From: Pseudomonadota bacterium | GTDB taxonomy: Bacteria > Pseudomonadota > Gammaproteobacteria > Burkholderiales > Burkholderiaceae_C | NCBI GenBank assembly: GCA_046046715.1 | Contig: JBJOJH010000206.1 | Location: 1 to 26,522, forward strand | Length of the DNA stretch: 26,522 bases | Direction: 5' to 3' | Part shown: piece by piece, positions 15,692-26,522 of the stretch | How the letters are laid out: each line of letters begins with the position of its first letter | Numbering within the stretch: the stretch's first letter is position 1 | The notes under the pieces: model-generated | Seen by the model: only the letters and a program-made list of their open reading frames with translations | Told to the model about the DNA's origin: nothing | The model's database searches: none | Program-made: the position numbers and the translations under genes

Positions 15692-16894
15692 ATGTTTCAG
15701 GAAATGATCTCGCATCGGGGAGCGCGTTTTGGGCTTGCATGTTTTGTTTTGGCGGCGTCAAGCATCGCGATGGCGGCCAAAGCTCCTCCCCCAGCACCAG
15801 CCACAACCTACACTTATAAGTGGTTGGGGGATCCTGAAAAAGCCGGCATCACCGTTCAAACCAACCTCAAGCCGAGTTTTGTGTTGATGGGCGGCGGTCC
15901 AGACGTGGATGAGGGATTCCGCTGGCTGATCAAAAAAGCGGGCATCACACCGGCCACGGGTGGCCGCCTGGTGGTGATACGTGCCACGGGTACGGATGCC
16001 TACAACCCCTACATTTATTACAGCGATGCCAGTTTGTCGCCCGACACATTGCCGGTGGATCAATGGGTGGGCGGTGCGCAAATGGGGCTGAGTTCTGTCG
16101 AAACTTTGATCATTCCTACCCGAGCTGCAGCCAATGACCTCAGGGTCAATCAATTGGTGGCCCGCGCTAATGTGGTCTGGATTGCTGGGGGCGATCAGAA
16201 AAACTACATTGAACAATGGAAGGGCACAGCGCTCGAAGACACCTTAAAGGCGCACCTGGTGAAAAACACGCCCATGGGCGGCACCAGTGCTGGCTTGGCC
16301 GTGATGGGGGCCTTTGACTTTGCCGCGCTCAAAGGCACGGTCACATCCCTGCAGGCGCAGGCCAACCCGTACAACACTTACATGACTTTGGACCCAAGCC
16401 CTTTAAGCAATGAAACGGGTTTTATCTCGCCCCTGGCTTTTAAAAACATCATTTTTGATTCTCATTTGGATGAGCGCGACCGCATGGGGCGCCTGATCAC
16501 TTTCATGGCCCGAGCGGTAGCACCCAATGGCACTACCGGTTGCGGCGGTGGTTATCTGGGTGAGACGGTAGTGCGAGGCATAGGTCTGGGTGTTGAAACG
16601 GCTCTACTTGTTGAAGGTGACGGTGCGGGTACCTACACCGTCCAGAGGCAGACCAATGTATCGACCACCAGCACCAGCGCAGCTTATTTCGTGAAATTAA
16701 AAGTTGCGCCCAGCGTGTGCCTCGCAGGTAAGCCTTTGAGCTTTCCCAGTTCAGCGGCGTTTGAAGTGCAAAGGCTAGACAAGACCGGAGCGTTTATCAA
16801 TCTGGACGCCAGCACCCTACCAGTGTTCTCCAGCGGAACCATCACCAACGGCGTCTTGTCCCCGGCCACTAGAAAAGGCGCGTTCAGCTACTGA
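15692..16894 (+). CDS. Secreted cyanophycinase-like serine peptidase (peptidase S51 family) (400 aa)
   Basis: SD AAGGGGGAAG, signal peptide (FGLACFVLAASSIAMA|A), VLMGGG, IAGGDQ, nucleophile GGTSAG, and DSHLDERDRMGRL with the cyanophycinase Arg pattern. Confidence 0.8.
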   Translation: MFQEMISHRGARFGLACFVLAASSIAMAAKAPPPAPATTYTYKWLGDPEKAGITVQTNLKPSFVLMGGGPDVDEGFRWLIKKAGITPATGGRLVVIRATGTDAYNPYIYYSDASLSPDTLPVDQWVGGAQMGLSSVETLIIPTRAAANDLRVNQLVARANVVWIAGGDQKNYIEQWKGTALEDTLKAHLVKNTPMGGTSAGLAVMGAFDFAALKGTVTSLQAQANPYNTYMTLDPSPLSNETGFISPLAFKNIIFDSHLDERDRMGRLITFMARAVAPNGTTGCGGGYLGETVVRGIGLGVETALLVEGDGAGTYTVQRQTNVSTTSTSAAYFVKLKVAPSVCLAGKPLSFPSSAAFEVQRLDKTGAFINLDASTLPVFSSGTITNGVLSPATRKGAFSY

Positions 16895-16927
16895 GTCAGG
16901 CCCGTAGCCAGCAGGGCGAAAGCCCTC

Positions 16928-16936
16928 TGGGATAAT
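16928..16936 (+). promoter_or_regulatory. Candidate extended -10 element (TGn-GATAAT) for map, leaderless geometry
   Basis: TGG-GATAAT, then 7 nt, then ATG 16944. Confidence 0.5.
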
Positions 16937-16943
16937 CGGGAAC

Positions 16944-17765
16944 ATGACGATCACCTACAAAGACGCTGAAGGCGTGCAAGGCATGCGCATCGCATGCAGA
17001 CTGGCATCCGAGGTACTGGATTACCTCACCCCATTTGTAAAGCCCGGGGTTAGCACCAATGAGCTGGATCAACTGGCTCACGACTACATCACCCAGGTTC
17101 AGGGGGCGATTCCAGCTCCCTTGAATTACACCGGCGGTGGTTCGGTGCCCTACCCCAAGTCCATCTGCACCTCGGTCAACCACCAGGTGTGTCATGGCAT
17201 ACCCAACAACAAAGCCCTGAAAAAAGGCGACTCGGTCAACATTGATATCACCGTGATTAAGAACGGCTGGCATGGCGACACCAGTCGCATGTTCATGGTG
17301 GGCGAGGCATCGATCGCGGCCCGCCGCCTGAGCACCATCACCTACGAGGCCATGTGGCACGGCATCGTCAAGGTACGCCCGGGGGCTCGCCTGGGCGACA
17401 TCGGCCATGCCATCCAAAAATTTGCCGAAGGTCACGGCTACAGCGTCGTGCGCGAGTTTTGCGGCCATGGCATCGGCCAGGTGTTTCATGAGGAGCCTCA
17501 GGTGCTGCATTACGGCAAGCCCGGCACTCTGGATGAGTTGAAGGTGGGCATGACCTTCACCATCGAGCCCATGATCAATGCCGGCCGCAAGGACATCAAG
17601 GAAGGCCCCGAAAAAGACGGCTGGACCATTGTGACCAAGGATCACTCCTTGTCTGCACAGTGGGAGCACACCGTGCTGGTCACCGAGACCGGCTTTGAGG
17701 TGCTGACACTGTCTGAGGGCAGCCCCGCTATGCCTGCGTTCGTGCAGGCCCTGCTGGCGCCCTGA
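16944..17765 (+). CDS. map: Type I methionine aminopeptidase (273 aa)
   Basis: [45 protein letters not shown] and SAQWEHT metal-ligand motifs. Confidence 0.97.
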   Translation: MTITYKDAEGVQGMRIACRLASEVLDYLTPFVKPGVSTNELDQLAHDYITQVQGAIPAPLNYTGGGSVPYPKSICTSVNHQVCHGIPNNKALKKGDSVNIDITVIKNGWHGDTSRMFMVGEASIAARRLSTITYEAMWHGIVKVRPGARLGDIGHAIQKFAEGHGYSVVREFCGHGIGQVFHEEPQVLHYGKPGTLDELKVGMTFTIEPMINAGRKDIKEGPEKDGWTIVTKDHSLSAQWEHTVLVTETGFEVLTLSEGSPAMPAFVQALLAP

Positions 17766-17790
17766 TTCCACCTCGCAAAGCAGGATCCTT

Positions 17791-20364
17791 ATGGTCACCC
17801 CCCAGGCATTGCGCGAGCGTTATCGCGCTGACAAGGCCCAGGTGCTGCAGGGCATTGCCGGCAGTGGCGCCTCGACGCGTGGCCTGCGCAATGGACTACA
17901 AAAAATCTCCCATCTGGCCGACCAGGTTTTGCGCACGCTCTGGCAGCAGAGTGGGTTTGGCGACGACTGCGCCTTGGCTGCCGTGGGCGGGTTCGGACGA
18001 GCCGAGTTGTTCCCGCAGTCGGATGTGGACGTGCTCCTGCTCTTGCCAGACGAGGTGACGCTGGAGACCAACCCAGCCTTGCGTGAGCGTATCGAGGGCT
18101 TTATAGGCCAGTGCTGGGATGCTGGCCTTGAAATTGGCTCCAGCGTGCGCACGGTGAGCGACTGCCTGGCAGAAGCCGCAAAAGATGTGACCGTACAGAC
18201 CGCCCTGCTGGAAGCCCGCCTCATTACGGGGAAGGCGGCCTTGTTCGCAGATTTTTTTCAACGTTTTCGCGCGGCCATGGACGCCCCGGCCTTTTTTGTG
18301 GCCAAGACCTTGGAGTTGCAGCAGCGCCACAACAAGTTTGAAAACACACCCTATGCCCTGGAGCCCAACTGCAAGGAGTCACCTGGCGGATTGCGTGACC
18401 TGCAAATCATCTTGTGGGTGGCGCAAGCGGCGGGCTTTGGCAACAGTTGGGATGATCTGGCGCGCAACGGCTTTGCCACCGCGTTTGAGGTGCGGCAAAT
18501 CAAGCGCAACGAGAACCTGCTGAAACTGATTCGTGCGCGCCTGCACCTGATTGCGGCACGTCGTGAAGACCGTCTGGTGTTTGACCTGCAGACCGCTGTG
18601 GCCGAGTCCTTTGGCTACCGTGCCGAAGATGGCCGCCGCGCCAGCGAGGCTCTGATGCGCCGCTACTACTGGGCAGCCAAGGCGGTGACCCAGCTCAATC
18701 AGATCTTGCTGATGAACATCGAGGAGCGACTCAACCCCTCGGCCCACAGCCTGCGCCCCATCAACGAACGGTTTTTTGAAAAAGCCGGAATGATCGAAGT
18801 GGCCAGCGACGATCTGTATCAGCGCAATCCCCACGCCATTCTGGAAACCTTCCTGCTGTACCAGACCACCGCAGGCGTCAAGGGTTTTTCTGCCCGGACA
18901 CTGCGGGCCCTGTACAACGCCCGCGGCCTGATGAATGGCGCCTTTCGAGCCGACCCCGTGAATCGGGCAAGCTTTGTGAAGATCCTGACCCAGCGCGACG
19001 GCATCACGCACGCCATGCGGCTGATGAACCAGACCTCGGTGCTGGGTCGCTACCTGTGGGTGTTTCGCAAGATCGTGGGCCAGATGCAGCATGATCTGTT
19101 TCATGTCTACACGGTCGATCAGCACATCTTGATGGTGCTGCGCAATGTGCGGCGATTTTTTCTGCCTGAACATGCGCACGAATATCCGTTCTGTTCGCAG
19201 CTGGCCGCCGGCTGGGACAAACCCTGGGTACTCTATGCGGCCGCACTGTTTCACGACATTGCCAAGGGCCGAGGTGGCGACCACTCGGTGCTGGGTACTT
19301 TCGAAGTGCGGCGCTTTTGCCGTGCCCATGGCATCGATGCTGATGATGGCGAACTCATCGAGTTTTTGGTGCATGAGCATCTGACCATGAGCCGTGTGGC
19401 CCAAAAGTCCGATCTGAGCGACCCCGATGTCATTGCCGAATTTGCACGGCGCGTGGGTGACGAGCGCCATCTGACGGCGCTGTATCTGCTGACCGTGGCC
19501 GACATCCGTGGCACCAGTCCCAAGGTATGGAATGCCTGGAAAGGCAAGCTGCTCGAAGACCTGTACCGCTACACCTTGCGCGTGCTGGGTGGGCGTGCAC
19601 CTGACCGCGACGCCGAAGTCGAGGCACGCAAGCGCGACGCTCTGGTGATGATTGCCTTGCACGCGCCACCGTCCGAAGGCCACAAGAAGCTGTGGGACAC
19701 GCTGGATGTGGGCTACTTCATGCGCCACGACGCGCAAGACATTGCTTGGCACACCCGTAAGCTGTCCCGCCTGGTGGGTGCTACCGAGCCCATCGTCCGG
19801 GCCCGACGCTCCCCTGTGGGTGAGGGCCTGCAAGTGCTGGTGTATGCACCCGACCAGCCCGACCTCTTTGCACGCATCTGTGGTTACTTTGACCAATGCG
19901 GTTTCAGCATTCAGGACGCCCGCGTTTACACCACCCTGGACGGCCGGGCACTGGACACCTTTCAGCTGGTCACCAGCGCCAGTCCAGACGAGTACCGCGA
20001 GCTGACCGACCTGCTTGAAACCCGGCTTGCCCTGGCCATCACGGAAGCGGGCCCCCTGCCCTCACCGAGCCGGGGACGACTGTCGCGCCGGGTGAAGAGC
20101 TTTCCGATTGCGCCGCGCGTCAGCCTGTCTCCTGACGAAAAAGCGCAGCGATGGCTGCTGAGCATTTCTGCCAGCGACCGAGTAGGTTTGCTGTACTGCA
20201 TCGCGCGTGTTCTGGCCCGCCACCGCATCAATGTGCAACTGGCCAAAGTGGCTACCTTGGGTGAGCGGGTGGACGACACCTTCTTGCTGGTCGGGCCCGA
20301 ACTGCAGCACAACAAGACCCAGATCGAGATTGAAACCGAGCTGCTGGACGCACTGACAGCCTGA
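17791..20364 (+). CDS. glnD: [Protein-PII] uridylyltransferase/uridylyl-removing enzyme (857 aa)
   Basis: Nucleotidyltransferase [43 protein letters not shown] domain [14 protein letters not shown], and two C-terminal ACT domains. Directly downstream of map. Confidence 0.97.
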   Translation: MVTPQALRERYRADKAQVLQGIAGSGASTRGLRNGLQKISHLADQVLRTLWQQSGFGDDCALAAVGGFGRAELFPQSDVDVLLLLPDEVTLETNPALRERIEGFIGQCWDAGLEIGSSVRTVSDCLAEAAKDVTVQTALLEARLITGKAALFADFFQRFRAAMDAPAFFVAKTLELQQRHNKFENTPYALEPNCKESPGGLRDLQIILWVAQAAGFGNSWDDLARNGFATAFEVRQIKRNENLLKLIRARLHLIAARREDRLVFDLQTAVAESFGYRAEDGRRASEALMRRYYWAAKAVTQLNQILLMNIEERLNPSAHSLRPINERFFEKAGMIEVASDDLYQRNPHAILETFLLYQTTAGVKGFSARTLRALYNARGLMNGAFRADPVNRASFVKILTQRDGITHAMRLMNQTSVLGRYLWVFRKIVGQMQHDLFHVYTVDQHILMVLRNVRRFFLPEHAHEYPFCSQLAAGWDKPWVLYAAALFHDIAKGRGGDHSVLGTFEVRRFCRAHGIDADDGELIEFLVHEHLTMSRVAQKSDLSDPDVIAEFARRVGDERHLTALYLLTVADIRGTSPKVWNAWKGKLLEDLYRYTLRVLGGRAPDRDAEVEARKRDALVMIALHAPPSEGHKKLWDTLDVGYFMRHDAQDIAWHTRKLSRLVGATEPIVRARRSPVGEGLQVLVYAPDQPDLFARICGYFDQCGFSIQDARVYTTLDGRALDTFQLVTSASPDEYRELTDLLETRLALAITEAGPLPSPSRGRLSRRVKSFPIAPRVSLSPDEKAQRWLLSISASDRVGLLYCIARVLARHRINVQLAKVATLGERVDDTFLLVGPELQHNKTQIEIETELLDALTA

Positions 20365-20396
20365 AGCGCCGCCCCCTGCAGACACCGTGGAGCGGC

Positions 20397-20959
20397 TTAG
20401 TCGTCCTCGCTGGCGGCGATCTCTGGAAACAAGACATCGGTGTAACCAAAGCGTGTGTAGTCTCGCACCCGCATGGGATATAGCTTGCCGATGAGGTGAT
20501 CGCATTCGTGCTGGACCACCCGCGCATGAAATCCCTCGACCGTGCGGTCTATGGGGTCGCCGTACTGATCAAAGCCTGTGTAACGCACGCGGCTGAAGCG
20601 CGGCACCACGCCACGCAGGCCAGGCACCGACAGACACCCTTCCCAGTCTTCGTCTTCAGGTGGCACACCTTGGGCGTCATCCGCCGCAGGTAGCGGCGTG
20701 ATCACAGGATTGATGAGCACCGTGGGCGGCACCATGGGGCGATTGGGATAGCGCGGATTGCTCTCCAGACGACCAAAGACGACCACTTGAAGATCGACTC
20801 CAATCTGCGGCGCAGCCAGCCCCGCGCCATTGACCGAGCGCATGGTGTCGTGCAGGTCCGAGATCAACAAATGCAGGGCATCGCTGTCAAATTCGGTCAC
20901 GGGTTGGGCGATGCGCAGCAGACGCGGGTCACCCATCTTGAGAATGTTTCGAACCGTCA

Positions 20960-20960
<1 letters not shown>
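20397..20960 (-). CDS. def: Peptide deformylase (187 aa)
   Basis: [13 protein letters not shown] and QHECDHL motifs. ATG 20960 has AGGAG 5 nt upstream and shares one base with the ligA stop (TGATG). Confidence 0.95.
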
Positions 20961-24111
<3,151 letters not shown>

Positions 24112-24118
24112 GATGTTT

Positions 24119-26522
24119 TCAATTCAAGTCTGCGAAGGTGTCCGCCGACGCCATGTCGACCGCCACGATGCGTGAAACTCCCTGCTCCTGCATGGTCACG
24201 CCGATGAGTTGCTGAGCCATTTCCATGGCAATCTTGTTGTGACTGATGAACAGGAACTGCGTCTCGCGGCTCATGCTCGACACCAGCCGGGCGTAACGCT
24301 CGGTATTGGCGTCGTCCAAGGGCGCGTCCACCTCGTCCAGCAGGCAAAACGGCGCCGGGTTGAGCTGAAAAATGGCAAACACCAGCGCAATCGCCGTCAG
24401 TGCCTTCTCCCCGCCAGAGAGCAAGTGAATGGTCTGGTTCTTTTTGCCCGGCGGCTGGGCAATCACCTGCACACCTGAGTCCAGAATCTCGTCGCCAGTG
24501 ATCACGAGACGCGCATTGCCGCCACCAAACAGTTCGGGGAACATGCGCCCAAAGTGTTCGTTGACGGTGTTGAACGTGCCCGACAGCAGCTCGCGTGTCT
24601 CGCCGTCGATCTTGCGAATGGCATCTTCCAGGGTGGTCATAGCCTGGGTCAGGTCTGCGGTCTGGGCATCCAGAAACTGCTTGCGCTCGCGTGCTGTGCC
24701 CAGTTCTTCCAATGCCGCCAGGTTCACCGCGCCCAGTGCGTTGATGTCACGCTGTAGGCGGTCAATTTCGGTCTGCAGACCCAACAGCTTGACCGGGCCT
24801 TGTTCTATGGACGCGGCCACGGCATCGAGGTCGGCCCCGGCGTCTAGCAGAAGCTGGGCATATTGCTCAAAGCCCAGTCGGGAAGCCTGTTCTTTCAGCT
24901 GAAACTCCATGATGCGCTGACGCAGGGGTTCCAGTTCGCGCTCCAGCGTGAGACGGCGTTCATCGCTGGCACGCAGTTTGGCGGTGAGCTCGTCGTACTC
25001 GCTACGCCTGGACCCCAGGGCGCGCTCGCAATCCAGCTTCAGGGCCAGAGCGTTTTGCAGACCGGCCTGGGCTGCGGCGTCGGTCAGGCGCGACAACTCA
25101 TCTTGCGCGCGCTGCAGCTCCAGCTGCAGGGATGCAGCCTGTTGGGTGGCGGTGTCGATGGTGCGGGCCAGCTCCTGGCGCCGAGCGTCCAGGGTGCGCA
25201 GCGAGAAGGCGGCTTCTTGCGCCTGACGCTCCAAACCGCGCTGTTGCTCACGGCACAGATTGAGCTTGCGCTCGGCCTCCATCACCCGGTCGTCCAACTG
25301 GGCGTGGCGTTCCTGGGCGTCAGCCAGTTGCATGTCCAGCTCTTCAAAGCGGCCCTCGGCAATGGCCCGGCGCTCTTGCAGCGCGTCCATCTGCGCCTCT
25401 ACTTCTGCCAGATCCTCACCCAGTTGCTGATTCCGGGCCTTGGACTGCTCGGCCAGTTGCTGGAGCCCCAGCAGCTCCACCTGCAGAGTGTGCGCCTGGC
25501 CGCGAGCGTCTGTGGACTCGCGCTGGGCCGCCACCAAGCGCTGACTGGCCTCCGCATAGGCTGCCTCGGCACGCAGCAGGGCGGAGCGCGATTCATCACA
25601 AATCAGGCTTTGGGCACGCAGCGCCTTGTCCAAGTCTTCGATTTCGTGGGCCCGTGCAAGCAAGCCGGCTTGCTCGCTGTCGGGGGCATAGAAGCTGACG
25701 CTGTGTGGGCTCACGCAATGGCCCGTGGGCACATAAATCACCTCGCCAGCCCCCAGCTGGTTGCGTTGAGCCAAGGCATCTTCCAGGCGATCTGCCACAA
25801 AGCAAGGTGCCAGCCAGTCCGCCAACACCGCACGCAGGCCTGCATCGTTCAGCCGCAGCAAATCCAGCAGTCGGGGCAGCTTGGACGGGACAGGAGGCTG
25901 TCCCGCATCGGGCGGTGTAAAAAACGTGAGTTTGGCGGGTGGCGCCTCTTTGGCACCGTGACCAAGAAAAGCACTCACCCTGTCCAGGCGGGACACTTCC
26001 AGCGCGCCCAGCCGTTCACGTAGCGCCGCCTCCAGGGCGTTCTCCCAACCCGGCTCAACGTGCAAACGCGTCCACAGACCCTGCAGCGCCTCCAGGCCCT
26101 GCTTGGCCAGCCAGGGTTTGAGCTTTCCGTCGGTGCGTACCTTTTCCTGCAGGGCTTTCAGGGCTTCCAGGCGGGCCCCCAGTCCAGACCGGCGAGTGGT
26201 GTCGGCATTCACCGTGTGTTGGGCCGTGCGACGGGCCTCATCCAGGGTCGGCACCGTTTCCTGCAACTCCTGCAGGCGCGCATCGGCGACGTCGGCGCCT
26301 TCCTGCGCCTGAGCCAGTTGCTCTTGCAAGCGCTGCAAACGCGCATCGTCGGGCGCAGACAGCGAGTTGCGGTCGGTGGCCAGGCGTTCTTGCCGTTGCT
26401 GCAAATGACGGGTTTGCTCGTCCATGCTGCGCTGCTCAGCGCCCAGCACCTGAATGTGTTGCTGAATGGTGCCGACGGCTGCTCGTTGCTGTAGCGCGTT
26501 TTGTTGCGCGGCACGCAGAGCG
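24119..26522 (-). CDS. smc: Chromosome segregation protein SMC, 3' part (5' end lies beyond the window)
   Basis: Hinge region, long coiled coil, signature LSGGEKAL, Walker B/D-loop [10 protein letters not shown] and FISH. The frame stays open from the track start at 26449 to the window edge ([25 protein letters not shown]). Confidence 0.97.
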   Translation of the reverse strand, partial: ALRAAQQNALQQRAAVGTIQQHIQVLGAEQRSMDEQTRHLQQRQERLATDRNSLSAPDDARLQRLQEQLAQAQEGADVADARLQELQETVPTLDEARRTAQHTVNADTTRRSGLGARLEALKALQEKVRTDGKLKPWLAKQGLEALQGLWTRLHVEPGWENALEAALRERLGALEVSRLDRVSAFLGHGAKEAPPAKLTFFTPPDAGQPPVPSKLPRLLDLLRLNDAGLRAVLADWLAPCFVADRLEDALAQRNQLGAGEVIYVPTGHCVSPHSVSFYAPDSEQAGLLARAHEIEDLDKALRAQSLICDESRSALLRAEAAYAEASQRLVAAQRESTDARGQAHTLQVELLGLQQLAEQSKARNQQLGEDLAEVEAQMDALQERRAIAEGRFEELDMQLADAQERHAQLDDRVMEAERKLNLCREQQRGLERQAQEAAFSLRTLDARRQELARTIDTATQQAASLQLELQRAQDELSRLTDAAAQAGLQNALALKLDCERALGSRRSEYDELTAKLRASDERRLTLERELEPLRQRIMEFQLKEQASRLGFEQYAQLLLDAGADLDAVAASIEQGPVKLLGLQTEIDRLQRDINALGAVNLAALEELGTARERKQFLDAQTADLTQAMTTLEDAIRKIDGETRELLSGTFNTVNEHFGRMFPELFGGGNARLVITGDEILDSGVQVIAQPPGKKNQTIHLLSGGEKALTAIALVFAIFQLNPAPFCLLDEVDAPLDDANTERYARLVSSMSRETQFLFISHNKIAMEMAQQLIGVTMQEQGVSRIVAVDMASADTFADLN

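Noticed and set aside
18379-19896. 505-aa antisense ORF inside glnD
   Set aside because: Typical shadow ORF produced by high-GC codon bias on the opposite strand; no recognisable motifs.

Overview
About 26.5 kb of a high-GC betaproteobacterial chromosome. The gene order and protein styles suggest Burkholderiales, probably Comamonadaceae (inference). The right 15 kb is mostly housekeeping: purL(-), map(+), glnD(+), def(-), ligA(-), zipA(-) and the 3' part of smc(-). One lower-GC secreted cyanophycinase-like (peptidase S51) gene sits between purL and map. The left 11.4 kb is accessory and envelope-centred. A BaeS/BaeR-type two-component system (+) is transcribed divergently from four exported-protein genes (-): a 99-aa 4-Cys protein, a YHYH lipoprotein, a HupE/UreJ-type membrane protein with a periplasmic EF-hand loop, and a MipA/OmpV outer-membrane barrel. 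These are followed by a LysE/ArgO exporter, a DUF1624 acyltransferase, and a 7-repeat FG-GAP lipoprotein divergent from a SERCA-like P-type ATPase. The best candidate for an undescribed system is the TCS/4-Cys/YHYH/HupE/MipA module. It carries a BaeR-like tandem box and a cryptic in-frame EF-hand tail hidden behind a stop codon, and Ca2+-binding signatures recur across 1-11408. Five genes also show a -10-like hexamer 6-8 nt before the ATG, suggesting leaderless mRNAs. No rRNA, tRNA, CRISPR array, transposase or integrase was recognised. All family calls come from motif recognition by eye; no database search was run.
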